From positions 53,568,001 through 53,632,000 of the forward strand of contig NC_134473.1 of NCBI RefSeq assembly GCF_964194025.1: a DNA stretch of 64,000 bases, written 5' to 3'. Made by a program: the position numbers and the translations under genes. Positions 12,979 to 26,231 of this stretch are shown piece by piece. Under the pieces are notes generated by a model. That model saw only the letters and a program-made list of their open reading frames with translations, was not told the DNA's origin and did no database searches. Positions within the stretch are counted from its first letter, which is position 1. The number at the start of each line of letters is the position of its first letter. Origin of the DNA: Convolutriloba macropyga (taxonomy: Eukaryota).

Positions 12979-15900
12979 TTGTTCCGACCCCGCTTGTGGG
13001 GGAGGAACTATATACCCAAAAGGGTTTTTTGTTCAGACAATTTTGGGCGATCCATATTTTCATCGTAGAGATATGTGAGTGGTATCATTAAAAAGGTCGT
13101 CCAGCGTAGAATTCGAAAGTAAAAAAGATTTTTGAATTTCGTAGTTTTCGAGGAGCTATCGAGGTTTAAAATTTTTTGTGAACACGTGATATTTGCATGA
13201 TTTTGTTCACTTTTAGCGTATAATTTTTGTTCAATTTAAGACTTTTCTATAAAAATATTATTTAAAATACACATTTCACGCTACAAAATGAAACCATTTT
13301 GTGTTAGCAATAGACCAATAAAAAGACTAGTTTTGGTGTCATGAGAAAGTTTACAATAGAAAAAACTCGAAGTCAATTTCAGAGCTGTTTTTTTTAGAAA
13401 ACGTTTCCTATTTATTATTGTTTTTTTAGTTACTTACAGAATAATCACTGTTCATATCGAGGTTCCGTTAAAAACAAACATCATTTTTAGTCAAATGATA
13501 CCCATTCATCAAAATATTGGTTTTCAAGGAATCGCTCATGTTTTTTCTTGTCTTCGACTCTTGAGTTTTCGAAAACTTAAATGAAATACTGATTTACTTT
13601 AAGCTTTTATTAAATTTTTGGAGTCCTATGGTATTGATTAAAGTGGGCAAAAATTGCAATCGGATTCCTAATGAGCATTAGGTAAACCTATATAGTGCTT
13701 TGCCTGGACAGCTAAAGGCTCTTAAGACTTTAATTTTTCCAAATAAATATTCGAAAGTTTTTTCTGAATTTTAACAGATATTAAACTTTTTTCATGAACA
13801 GTAAATCAGTCTCAGTGCAGGCCACTTTTTCTTTTACTGCAACCAAAATAATATGGTGCGCGATTTTATTTTAAAAAAATGGAATTTTTGTAATTTTGGT
13901 TCCTTTTAAAATCTTATCTCATTATCCTAATAATGATGGATCCCATTGACTTGGAGAAGACTTCCAATGGATCTTAGATAAAGTTTTCAGAGAAAAGCGC
14001 GTGGTTTAAATGGCTTCGATATTTTCTTCGCGCACTTTTCTACTGAAATTTTTTGTTTTTGCATATATTTGTTATTGTTTTCATAATCATAACACTTATT
14101 GTGTTGTAACGTTGATGACTTATGTAAGAGTAAAAAACGTTGTTAGCTTTCTATTGAGGCATAATTTGGCGTATGTATTGACATCCGTTGAGAGCTATTG
14201 CATTTAGTGGCTGTTTATAATTTTGAGACATTTTTTAAAATTTTTTCTTGTACTAACCCTTATTAAACTTATTTTCATGAGCTGTAAGTCAGTCTCAGTA
14301 ATAACAGGACTCACCTCATCTTTACTTCAATCAAAACGAATCAGGTAAGCTGATTTATCTGCTAGATTTAATTTTATGACTTCGATGCGACGAGTTTTTT
14401 ATAATTACAAAAAAAAACCGGAATTTTTGTAATTTTGGTTCCTTTTGAAATGTTGTCGCATTACCCCAATATTGATAGTTCCCATTGGCTCGAAGACAAC
14501 TTCCCAATTGATCATAGATAAAGTTTTCAGAGAAACGCGTGTGGTTTAAATGGCTTCGATATTTTCTTCGCGCACTTTTCTACTGAAGTTTTGGTTTTTG
14601 CATATATTTGTTATTGTTTTCATAATCATAAGACTTATTGTGTTTTCACGTTGATGACTTACGTTGGAATTAAAAACGTTCTTAGCGTCCTATTGAGGCA
14701 TAATTTTGCATATTTATTGACATCCGTTGAGAGCTATTGCATTTAGTGGCTGTTAAGAATTTTAAAAGACATTTTTTGAACTTTCTTCTAGTACTAACCC
14801 TTAATAAACTTTTTTTTCATGAACTGTAAGTCAGTCTCAGTAATAACAGGAAATACTTAATGTTTACTCCAACCAAAATGAATCAGGTAAGCTGATTTAT
14901 CTGCTAGGTTTTGCTTTCATGACTTCGATGCGACGAGTTTTCATAATTTCAAAAAAACCGGAATTTTTTGTAATTTTGTTTCCGTTTGAAATGTTATCGC
15001 ATTACCCCAATATTGATTGTTCCCATTTGCTTAGAGAAGACTTCCAATGAATCAAAGATAAAGTTTTCCGAGAAACGCGTGTGGTTTAAATGGCTTCGAC
15101 ATTTTCTTCGCGCACTTTTCTAATGAATTTTTGGTTTTTCAATATATTTGTTATGGTTTTCATAGTCATAACGCTTATTGTGTTGTAACGTTGATGACTT
15201 ATGTAGGAGTAACAAACGTTCTTAGCTTCCTATTGGGGCATAACTTTGAGTATGTATTGACACCCATTGAGAGCTATTGCATTTAGTGGTTGTTAAGAAT
15301 TTTAATAGACATTTTTTGAATTTTTTTCCAGTTCTAACCCTTATTACACATATTTTCATCAGCTGTAAGTCAGCCTCAGTAATAATAGGGCTCACTTCAT
15401 TTTTAATTTCAACCAAATTGAATCAGTTAAGCTGATTAATCTGCTAGATTTTGCTTTTATGACTTCGATGCGACGAGTTTTCATAATTTCAAAAAATCGG
15501 AATTTTGTAATTTATGTTCCTTTTGAAATGTTGTCGCATTACCCCAATATTGATAGTTCTCAATGGCTTAAGAAGGAGGTAATGGACCATAGATTAAGCT
15601 TTCAGAGAAAAGATTATGGTTTAAATGCCTTAAAAAAATTTCTTCTCGCATTTCTGCCATTCCTTTGGTTTTCGCCTGAATTTGTTGTTGTTTTCATAAT
15701 CATAGGATATACTGTGACGTCTCATTGATGACATATTGATGACAAATATCCTTGTCTTCCCATTGAGGCAAAACGTGGTTTACTTTTGGACTTTCCTTGA
15801 AAGCTCTTGAATTTATTGGCTGTTATTTAAACCTTTTAAACCTTTTAAAATATTACACCTTTTCTTTAACTGTAAGTCAGTCTCAGTAATGAAAGGTCCT

Positions 15901-16640
15901 CCTTTTTTACTGCAACTAAAATGAATCTTCTTAGCCTTTTGCCTTCTATTGGTTTATGACATAGATGCCGCAAGTTTTTACAATTCTTTTTTTTTCGTTT
16001 TTGGATATTTTTTGTAATTTGGATCCCTTTGAAATTTTATCAAATAATCCTAACATTGATAGTTCCCAGTGGCTTAGAGAAGACGTTCACTGGATCAAGT
16101 TTTCAAAGAAAAATTTATAAATTAAAGGGTTTCGACAATTTTTTGCACTTTTCTACTGACTCCCTGATTTGTGCCTGCTTTTGTTGTTGTTTCCATAATC
16201 ATAAGACTTATTGTGATATGTTATCGAAGACTTAGGAATAACAAACGTTCTTATCGTCCTATTGAGGCATAATTTTGCGTTTATATTGACATCCGTTGAG
16301 AGCTATTGCATTTAGTAGCTGTTAAGATTTTCAATAAACAATTTCTGAAGTTTTTTTTATAGTACTAACCCTTAGTAAACTTATTTTCGTGAACTGTAAG
16401 TCCGGTCTCAGTAATAACAGGACTCACCTCATTTTTATTTCAACCAAAATTAATCAGGTAAGCTGATTAATCTGCTATATTTTGCTTTTATGACTTCGAT
16501 GCGACGAGTTTTCATAATTTCAAAAAAAACGGAATTTTTGTAATTTTGGTTCCCTTTGAAATGTGATCGCATTACCCTAATATTGATAAATCCCATTGGC
16601 TTAGAGAAGACATCCAATGGATCATAGATAAAGTTTTCCG
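12979..16640 (+). mobile_element. Non-autonomous DNA element carrying ~5-6 tandem ~540-bp units (Helentron/DINE-like architecture suspected)
   Basis: A unique 5' segment starts ttgttccgaccccgcttgtgggggagg. The motif 'aagttttcagagaaa' then recurs at 13981, 14521, 15061, ~15597, ~16097 and 16631. An inverted homolog lies at 1-1557. Confidence 0.7.
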
Positions 16641-17555
16641 AAAGTTAACGTACGTGATTTTAATTTGAGGATAGATTGATTTATGAATACCAGTTCTCAT
16701 AAGAATTGGTAAATAAGACGCTACTAGAACAAAGTTTACGTAATAGCGATAATTACACGCTCAATAATAGCCTCCCGGGTGGACGAGCTTTGAAAAATGT
16801 AACATTTGCATACCAGGTTTCTTCGTTTTTTTTTTCTAGTTTACTTCCCAAACTGTCTTTATTTCAAAAGTTGGCCTCATGTGCTCTATGTGGTTAAAAA
16901 TATCAAGGGTTGTTTTGATTAAGAATTTTGAACAAGCTCCTAAAAGACTGTAATGAAGGGCTTTCTTTCTAAGATTCTTCTCCCAGAGCAGAACTGAGAA
17001 CTCAGTTCAATAATCAGAATTATACTTCTGAGCCTGCAGATTGGTAGGTCATCAACTTGGATGATCGTTTAGAGGTTTCCAGAAATGATGGACGGTTAGA
17101 GTAGGCATTAGACGTCCAAGCTATCCTTACTTTGAATGACCCCAAATTAAAATCAGCTTGGCAAGACGTTTTAAACACAAGTTTTTGCTACTGTGTACAT
17201 GATTGTCTTCCCTGTATACATGACAATTTACCACGAGAATACATTTTAATCTTTCGATGTTTCCGCTTCGTAGCAAGACGTTTAAATTAATTTGAGTACA
17301 CATGAGGCTAAGAGCACTGAACTGCACCTTGCTCGGTAAACCGTAGGACTCAAAATAGAGTCGAATCTATCAAAGACTACACCGAACAAAACGCGTTGAG
17401 ATCACTCTCATAAGACCATGTAAATATATTTCTTGGGTTCTTCTTAAACCTGACCAACTCAAAAGCAAAGCGACGTGAAAGCTAGTATTCACTTTTTAAG
17501 GAGCTGAGTAACTCTGCTTAAAAAATTGCTTTTACAGAGCTAAATTAAGATAACA

Positions 17556-18022
17556 TAGCCGGCAGATTGCCGGAATAGCTGCGAAATAGACTTGCGTGCC
17601 GTAAAATACAGATGGAAAAAGATACAGAATTGAGTTGATAATAGTTATCGCCGCCGCCTATAAAACTTACAAGTTTATTTCAAAGGAGGTTGTTTTTTGG
17701 GTGCAAAAAAAGTTTCCCCGTCGCGTCTCGAACCGGCGATCTCCGGATTAACAGCCAGTCGCCTTAACCACTCGGCTGTCGGACCATACAATCTGTTTTC
17801 TTACAATCAACTTTGTTTTAGGAACAGATTCTGTTTCTGAATAACCGCAATTAAGGTCACACAGAAAGCGTGAAATCAAGCGCGAAAAAGCCATTTAAGC
17901 AGTGACGAGACAGAATGTTCTAGAACAAATGTAAAACGAAAATAAAGCGTCAGACGACGAAACAAAAAAAAAACCAAGAGCACCGCAATATAGCTACGCT
18001 CAGCTTACAGCTTCGCAGCTAT
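17556..18022. mobile_element. Short non-autonomous element with 11-bp (sub)terminal inverted repeats and an internal tRNA-like sequence; degenerate copy at ~24635-24860
   Basis: atagctgcgaa (17575) and ttcgcagctat (18012-18022) are inverted repeats. A hairpin ccggca-gat-tgccgg lies at the left end. The left half recurs at 24635 and a right-end-like motif at ~22352-22383. Confidence 0.65.
17713..17785 (-). pseudogene. tRNA-derived sequence (Asn GTT-like anticodon loop); tRNA pseudogene or SINE head
   Basis: GGTCCGACAGCCGAGTGGTTAAGGCGACTGGCTGTTAATCCGGAGATCGCCGGTTCGAGACGCGACGGGGA has an A box (AGCCGAGTGG), a loop CTGTTAA and a B box (GGTTCGA). The acceptor and T stems pair poorly. Confidence 0.75.
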
Positions 18023-18422
18023 AAAAAAACAAATAAACGCAAATCTTTTAAGTTTTGACACCCAGGCAACTCTTCGCAACTGCGGCAGAACGTTAAAGGT
18101 TTTACATATACAATATCAATATTTTAGAGTCAGGAAAATCGACCATAGATTATCTTCTATAAAACTACAAAACTTGCTCAGGACTTTTATTTCAGATGTT
18201 CTTTTTAAATCTCCTTATTAAAATTCTCTTTATTTTCAAATGAATAACCTAAGCTTTAAGCATCTAATGCACTACATGAAATTCTTTTTCATCTAATACC
18301 TTCGAAAGAAATTTCACAAGAAGGAACTTTCAAAGCAGATACAGAAAGCCAGAATATGTATTTCGTTTCTGCCAGACAGTTAAGAATTGAAGCCTCGGCG
18401 AAATTAGCGTTTGAAAACAATT

Positions 18423-18607
18423 TCATTTCTTCAAAGTTTTTCTTAAAACCGCCATTCTCTGTTTATGCGCCTCGTTTCCCATGTTCTTTCTGGATGACGA
18501 GTGGACATTGGATCCCTTAGAGAAGAGGTTTGACAATGCAGAAGACGAGGGGTCATCCGAGTTGGGAGAGTCAGAGAAGCCAGGAATCCACATGTTGTAA
18601 TTCCTCT
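18423..18607 (-). CDS. TAF12: TAF12 coding exon 6 (last)
   Basis: tttcag acceptor, phase 1. Encodes (E)RNYNMWIPGF...NEAHKQRMAVLRKTLKK*, matching the TAF12 C-terminal signature ERQWNMWIPGF...EAHKQRMALIRK. Candidate AATAAA signals on the minus strand at ~18229-18234 and ~18186-18191. Confidence 0.96.
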
Positions 18608-18999
18608 CTGAAATTAGACTGGTTTTATCCACTTAATGTTAAAAAAACATTCAAATTAAAAATTGCTTTGTTTTAGCTTTCTTGTTTCTTATATATTCAA
18701 ATGTATACGCCAAGCCGTCTTTTATTTAAAAAAATAAAATTGAAGCTACCACAGTCTGAAAAATAGCCCAAAGCGATACACGCAGAGATTGGTGCATTGC
18801 TTACGCTGGAGGCTCCAACATTTCCTTAATGGATTCATATTGAGTAATGAAAGCTGACTCGCGAACCTTCATATCCAGAGAATTTTTATATCAATTTGTC
18901 AAAGTCAAAGGCTATTCATGTTGTTCTCTTTATTAGTTTGACAACACACAAGTTCTGGTAAAGTTTAAAAAACGCGAAAACGTCACATTTGGAGGCTAC

Positions 19000-21650
19000 T
19001 CTCTTTTAACGGCGAGGGGGGGGGGGAGCTGAGCGGGGTTCAGTTTGAGCGTCGGGGGTAATGCATGAAATGAGGTAGAGATTAAGAGGGGGTTGGGTAG
19101 TGTAAGTGCAACTCAGTCAGAACCAACCCTCTGCAACCCGAATTTATGTCACGAGAACACTTTCGGTGGATCGCATAATTAGAGACTAGTGAGACTTAAG
19201 GCTCAAAAACTTAACTCCCTCCGGTGTAACAAGCTCACATCATTTTTGAGGGCGAAAAATCAGATGGTCGGTCAGACCAGTACGAAAAATTGTCCAAAAA
19301 AGATTTATTCTGTTTTGGTCCCCAGCTTATAACTTTTCAACCCCGCCACAGGTGTTATTTTTGCTACATAAAAAAAACGCTTTTTAACAACAAATAAAAT
19401 GAGGAGAAAAAAAGAACACTAGGTGTTGAAACGGAACAGATCCAAATAGACCAGCAGGGCTAATAATTGCTACAAATTTTGTTTGAGAGCAATTAAAAAC
19501 ACCATGGTCTTCTTGGTTACTTGGGTTTCCAATCGGGCCTACTTCAAATTGATGTAATGGATTTGTTTCACGTATTTATGGCATTTTCATCCTTGATTTC
19601 TGTGATTTAGTTCAGATTCGCAGCTTACATTTTGTGATAGACGGAACCTTTAAGCAGGAAGAAATTAGGATTAATAATGATCAATGATAGAAAAATTCGA
19701 GAAGTAAAACGTAGCGGGCTCAGTTGTTCGTATATTTGGGCCAATTTTACAGCTGGCCGAGTAAAACACTTCAGCGGCTTTTCAATCACAAGATAAAGCA
19801 GCAGTTTGCCGAGGCAAGGGAAGGTCCTTGTTACGCATCCCAAGGGCCAATATAATCTTCGAGTCCGATCTGCTAGGACCCAAACGATATCCTTCACCTC
19901 AAATTTGAGTTCAGGTATAGTGCACTATTTCAGATGGTCGGTGACTAGTACGAAAAGTTCTCTAAGAAAGGATTTATTCTGTTTTGGTCCCCAGCAGCTT
20001 AGTGGGCATATAAGTTTTCAAACCCGACGCATGAACAATTGTTGCAACATAGTAGAGGCTATTTAACAAAACAATTTGAGGTGCAAAGAAAAACACTGGG
20101 GGTGAAAGTGAATAGATCCCAAAAGTCCAGCCGGACTAATAATTGCTAAAGACTTCGCTTGCGAGTAATCAAAGACATCATGGTTTCTTTGGTGACCTAG
20201 GTTTCCAAATCGGGCCTACTTCAAATCGATGTAATTGATTTGTTTCACGTAGCTTTGGCATTTTTGTCCATGATTTTTGCGATTTTGTTCAGATTCGAAG
20301 CTTACATTTTGTGATAGATGGAACATTTCAAAAGGAAGGAAATTAGTATCAATAATTACCAATGACAGTAGAATTCTGGAGGACTAACGTTCCGGGGTCA
20401 GTTTTTCGTATATTTGAGCGAATTTTACAGCTGGACGAGTAAAACACTTCAGCGGCTTTTCATTCACAAGATATAGCAGCAGATTGCCGAGGCATGTGAA
20501 ATTCCTTGTTATGCGTCGCAAAGGCCATTACAATCTTCGAGTCCAATCTTCCGGAACCAAAACAATATCCTTCAGTTCAAATTTCGTTTCCGGTTTAGTC
20601 AGCTTTTTTCTAGGGTTCTGAGTCGACACAAATCCTCTGACAAGTCTCATCAAGATGGCGTGTCAAAGTTAAATTCTCAATGAGAAAAACAGCGGACACG
20701 TTAAAAAAGGCACGTCCATGGAAAAACGGATTCGTTGTCCAAGGGCTCTAATCTTAATCATCAATTCTGATATGTCTCAATGGCACGCGTTGACCAAAAC
20801 TTCCGTGGAAATAGGGGGAGTGGTGGCGGTGGGTTACAGTGGACGGGATTTAGGGTAAGTGGGAGTGGGGTCTAAAATCTAAGAACCACCCCTTTACATC
20901 ATGAACTGATGTCAACAGTTTCGGTGGATCACATACTTAGCGACTAATGAGTCGTAAGGCTCTAAGAGAACTTGATGCCGTCGGGTCTTGACCTGTTTAT
21001 CTGGTTTTTGATGGCGAAAAATCATATGATCAGACTATTACGAAAAATCGCATAAAAAGAAGCATCTTCTGGTACCCAAACGATATCATTGTTCGAATTT
21101 GGATAATGGTTTTGTTTGCTTTATTCAAAATTCAAAGCTGGGGCGAACCTTCTGACAGATCTCCTTCAGATATCTCCTCAAAGTCAGATTCTCGATGAGA
21201 TGGAAAGCAGACATGTTGGCAAAAGCTCGTCCAAAGAGAAACGGATTCAGTGTAAAGGGCTCTTTTTTCATGATCACTTCTGACATGTGTCAATGGTCTC
21301 GCGTTGACCAAACCTTCCATTTTGTGGGTTAAAAATTTGTCCCATAAAAATTTTGTCCTCGCTTCCTTGTTATTAACAGCCTTCATTATATAGGATTCCT
21401 TTATTGACCTCGAAAGGGGTTTTCAATTGAACCAGCTGAAGAGCCGCTTCAGATACTCAAAACCTTCTTGTTTGGGTGACTATCGATGACAAAACAAGCC
21501 AAGTCAATTTGTCGGATCCCAGGTTCCGAAGAACACCTGTTTGACTATCTGTACGAACCTTTCCCTCGATTTGGGTTTCTAAAACTTTTTTCAATATGCT
21601 TTGTTTTTCTTACGTGCCTTTGGCATTTGGTTCCTTAATTCCCGGAAATT
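19000..21650 (-). mobile_element. Rearranged BEL/Pao LTR retrotransposon remnants (pol C-terminus), including a ~670-bp tandem duplication
   Basis: KDIVWVLADRTRRLYWPLGCVTRTFP...FTRPAVKLA (19700-19900, again at ~20400-20580) and VNARPLTHV (~21290, ~20780) are typical of the BEL/Pao integrase tail. 19261-19920 resembles 19931-20600. Confidence 0.8.
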
Positions 21651-22422
21651 TGGTTGGATTATCATTCACAGCTTCCATTTTGTGACAATTGAAACATTTT
21701 TAACCGGAAAATATAAAAAATAATCGATGCCGATAACAAGTCCATTAAACTTGCGGGTTTAAATCTAGCCTCCGTTACTAGGACCAAGATAACTTCTTAA
21801 TATTTAATTATCAATTATCACCACCAAAAACTGACATAAATTGAAACCGAAAATATTAGACAGTTTTCAAACACTGTAGATTTCAACTATTGCAATGCGA
21901 CGCATCAAAGTAAATGGTGCCGCTCAACCGTAAACGACTATTTGCTCTCCAACAATTTGCGCAGTGCTAACCTACCTAACAAGAGCCGAACCGTAATTTT
22001 ATGCCGTCGGGTTGCATGTTGAATATAGCTGAAAACTGGACTTTCCGACGTAGAATATAGATATAAACAGATAAAGATCGGAATTGACGGATCCAACCTC
22101 TAAAACCTCCTCCATTTTTTGGGTTAAAATTAATGTCCCATAATTATGTTGATCTCGCTTCATTGTTATTAACAGCCTTCATTATATAGGATTCCTTTAT
22201 TGGCCATGAAAGGGGTTTCGAGTAATCTCAATTGAACCAGCCGAAGAGTGGCTTAACATGATCAGAACCGCTCTTTTGAGCTTTGCAGTGTGAAAATGTA
22301 AACCATAAGTATCTTCAGACGAAAACACGAAAAAACTAAGAGTTCCTCAGTATAGCTTTGCTTAACGTAAAGCTCCGCAGCTAAATTAAAAAAATATAAA
22401 AGCATTTAAGGTTGAGACTCAC

Positions 22423-22525
22423 CTAGAGATAATTGCACGTCTGATGTTTCTAATGTAGCTGCATTTCTATGCTGCGCAATTTGGCAAGAAGCAGTGATCG
22501 TCTTCTCGATGAAGTCATCTGCAAT
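22423..22525 (-). CDS. TAF12: TAF12 coding exon 5 (histone fold)
   Basis: ctccag|IADDFIEKTITASCQIAQHRNAATLETSDVQLSL-G|gtgagt; 103 nt, phases fit both neighbours. Confidence 0.96.
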
Positions 22526-23684
22526 CTGGAGCATACAAACGAAGCGTCATTGTACATCACAACCCTTGATCGTAGGTTAATCTAAGCTAATTAAAAAATC
22601 TTTCAATCTGGGCTTCCAATTGGTCAGAACGACACTAGAGCGTCGATGATGGTCTGAAATGACTTTAAAGTCGAATAATGTACTCTCATTTCACCATGAG
22701 GATATTTATAGTTGAAGTTCACCCACTTGTACTGCTCAAAATGATAAATGCATCTTTCCACCATTTTTCACATTTAACTCTCGAGGTACTGAGTTAATGC
22801 AGGTGGAACCTTTATGTTCCGGCCCACTACGATCAGGGTGGCAAAAATAGAAAGTTTCATCAAATATGGCTGACAGATTGTCGGACACCTAGCTGGGTTG
22901 AGCTTTAAAATAGAGTTTTTATATAAGTGAGTGCGGTAGTAATACATGAGAAAAGTAATAATACATGAAAAGTAATAATACATGAAAGATCAGAAAAAGA
23001 TATCACACGATTGACCTAATCCCAAGAGTGGCAAATGAGCTCAAGTGAACCAATTTAGAAGCTCTAAGAGAGTGGCAAATGAGCTTAGGGACTCAACTTT
23101 AGGAGCTGAGTGGGAAAAGTGTCAGCTCAGACTTATTTGCGGTGATCGAAGTTCGTAAGAAAAATCGTGGAAGACGACGAATTAAAAAACGGCAGGACAA
23201 GTTATGAATTACAATTCAAAGATTATTAATTTACCAAACAAAACTCAGGACTTCAAAATTACTAGGATTGGACTACGAAAACCAATTACAAAAGGCCAAA
23301 AAACTCGAAAAACAGAAAAACTAGAAGTAAACCTAAAGTTTTTGAACAACGAAAAACATTATTATATCACTCAAAAATTAGAGTAGCAAAATTTCACGAC
23401 GTAAAACATGTTTTTGCCTCTATTTCCTGTGTGGACGTGACCACTACTCCAATTTGACACAAAACGCGTGAGCAGGAACTTGAAAAAACGGAGCCTCCGA
23501 TAAACCACAAATTCTTTGAATCATAAGCTCCTTGAACCGTGAAAACCACGACGTCAATAACCGTTTCGCCATCGTTTCTTGGCCTTTAAATTATGAAGGA
23601 TGAAAATCACTGTGATCACTTAGCAGCGTTACTTTCTACGCAACTAAAAAGCGTCGTACAGAATCTTAGTTGAAGGGAACTTAC

Positions 23685-23739
23685 TTCTAACAATAGGTTC
23701 TGAACATCTTCGTCCAACTCTTGATTCGGATCCACTTCA
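23685..23739 (-). CDS. TAF12: TAF12 coding exon 4
   Basis: tttcag|T-EVDPNQELDEDVQNLLLE|gtaagt; 55 nt. Confidence 0.96.
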
Positions 23740-24326
23740 CTGAAACAAATTAGCAAATCAAATCAACACAACCACTTTATTGTAGAAAATTTTTACCATA
23801 AATAATAGAACTAACATCAGCAATTTAGTGCCGATTTGATGCAGCATTTGTTATAATCCATAAAAGAATTTCTAAAATGATATAATCGCAACAGTTACAT
23901 TGACAGCTATGCTTTTATTGGACATATATCAAAAGAACTGCAATCTTGAGGTTTAATTTTCAAAAATGTAGTTATAGCGAACACAGCCTCTCGCTAGTGT
24001 GCGTAGACACAATATTCCAACCCCGCTCATTCACACTCCAGGCTTAATTATCTAACAGTTGAAGCAGAGACAGGAAACTTTCAAAATAAAAAAAAGAAAT
24101 TCAAATTTGTCAGTTAAATTTTGATAGATTGTGAAATAAGACAGGCGAGTATAGAAGTGAGGTTAAAACTCGTAAGAACATTTTAATTTCATTTCACTAG
24201 AATGCGGGAAAAATGAGCTCAGCCAAATATTTGATTGAAAACATGAAGTAAACTAAAACAATTTTTCGAGCAGGAAAAAAAACGAAAATTTGAGCACATA
24301 TCAAACAGTAGTCTTTCATGTAACAG

Positions 24327-24495
24327 CCTCATAATTATCTAACTTGGTGACGTCCACTTAATTTCGATTAGATTTTGCATTCTAAATTTAGATTTATGAG
24401 CGCAAAAGTCAACAAAATGACTTGTAACACAATTATAGACCCTAACAATGCAATCGAAAACAAATAGGGGTCACTCAAGTTAGATAATTATGAGG
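24327..24495. mobile_element. MITE with ~28-bp terminal inverted repeats
   Basis: cctcataattatctaacttggtgac ... gtcactcaagttagataattatgagg; TSD not resolved. Confidence 0.75.
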
Positions 24496-25412
24496 TAAGT
24501 CATGAGTGAGGTAAGTCATGGAAGCTGAATGAACTTATGACACATAGTTGAGTGGTTGGTTTCCTTGACGTCCTAGCGCGTGATTAGATGGTAGTAAGAA
24601 ATAACAGGGCAGAATAACTACGAAAATTATTAATATAGCGGGCAGACTGCCGGAATAGCTGCGAAATGGACTTGCAAGCCGCAAAATGCAGATAGAAAGA
24701 TACAGAAATGAGCTGAAGTTAAAACGTTTTTTTGTTCAAAGGGGTGCATCATTAAAAATTTTTGGGTGCAAAAAGTTTTGACAATTTAGAGGTTTTAGCC
24801 CCAATCCCCGGCGTAAAAATCTGAATCATTAACCACTAGGTTATCAGGCCTTTATCACTGCTTATCTTAGATAATTTTATGGGCGCAAAATTCGACAGTA
24901 GAGTCTTTCCAATCCGTGATTCTGGATGATCTTACCAACTCAGTTATACTAGCTTTGCAACTGCACCGACAATCACCTTCATAGTAACAACAGACTTCAT
25001 TTCGGAATGAGAGCAATTGAGATCAAAAAATCACAAAGTCTAGCGTACAAAAGTCACTAGGGAGAGAAAGAACGCTCTATAACAGAAGCGCAAAAATGGC
25101 CAAGAAAAAATTCTGCATAAAAAATGCTTACAATTGTTCAAAAAAAATGTTTACGATGTTTACAATTGCTTTATTTTTCGCTCGAAAGCAACTAATAAAA
25201 TCTAAATAAAACAAAAGTCATCAAACACTCTGAAACAAAACCCTAATCATCTATTCTTCTTAAGTACATGAGTGCTCATTGACAGGAAAGACAAATCCTT
25301 TAACACTCACATTTAATTCAAAATTAAAAGGGAGAAACTAACAATTAATCGTTAAACTATTCAAAATGCTATATTTCTTTACAAACAGATTTTGTGACTA
25401 AGAAGAACATAC

Positions 25413-25744
25413 TTGACCAAGTCCTGTATTCTACTTCTGTCCAGCAACTCAGCATGTTTTAATTTCGGATTTGGAGCAGCAGTACTTTCTAAAGTTGAAA
25501 ATCTGGGCTTCGGAGCACCTCCTAGGGCAGTTCTATTCAACCCGATTTCCAGATTAGCTGCACTTGCCAGTCTGGCCGGATTAGGAGCCACAGGTCTGGG
25601 CAAAGGATTCGAGGGACCGGTGTTCACGATGTGCACATTCTGTTGTTGGAGAGCGGGTGCCTGTTGATTAGCAGCAGGTTGGAATGCATGTGATGGTCTG
25701 GGGGCCGGAGCTATGGGCCGAACTCCAAACTGCGCTGCATTTGG
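25413..25744 (-). CDS. TAF12: TAF12 coding exon 3 (Pro/Ala/Gln-rich region leading into the histone fold)
   Basis: tttcag|PNAAQFGVRP...HAELLDRSRIQDLV-AA|gtatgt; 332 nt. It splices in phase to give QDLVN-EVDP. Confidence 0.93.
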
Positions 25745-26051
25745 CTGAAAATATAGAATAATGCAAGTGAAGATATGTCAGATTTCGGGGGTGAATGATG
25801 AGATTAAAAAGCCATTGATGAGATTAGAGCTCAATCAAACAGGTCATAAAGTATAATTTATCCGCTGTGACAAGGAAATTAAACATCAATTCCTTTATGT
25901 GTGCTTCATGACACAAAAAGCATCAATTTAATCCAAAAACTTGTTAAAATAAGTCAGGTGATGGACTGGATTCCTGGCATAAGAAACCCATCAAAGTTTG
26001 TAATCTAGTAACAGATCAAAGATAATTTAGTAGACTGAAGAGGATACTTAC

Positions 26052-26231
26052 AGATGCTATTGTGTGGGGTCTTATGACTACTCTTTGTAACTGTCCACCT
26101 GCCGTTCGTGGTCCTTGTAACAGCGTAACTGGTTGTCCGCCAGGTCCACTCAATCGGGCAGGGGTTACTCCTCCAGAACCACTGACAGTTCCCGGAGCAC
26201 TGATTATTTGCACCGTCTGAGGGGCTCCACT
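26052..26231 (-). CDS. TAF12: TAF12 coding exon 2 (Gly/Pro/Gln-rich)
   Basis: ttttaag|SGAPQTVQIIS...VIRPHTIAS|gtaagt; 180 nt, phase 0/0. An alternative cag acceptor 8 nt upstream (exon start 26239) would be phase 1. Confidence 0.85.

Noticed and set aside
17713-17785. Functional tRNA-Asn gene
   Set aside because: Acceptor, anticodon and T stems pair poorly, and the sequence lies inside a repeated element.
25413-25667. + strand ORFs overlapping TAF12 exon 3 and LINE ORFs
   Set aside because: Antisense shadows of real coding frames.
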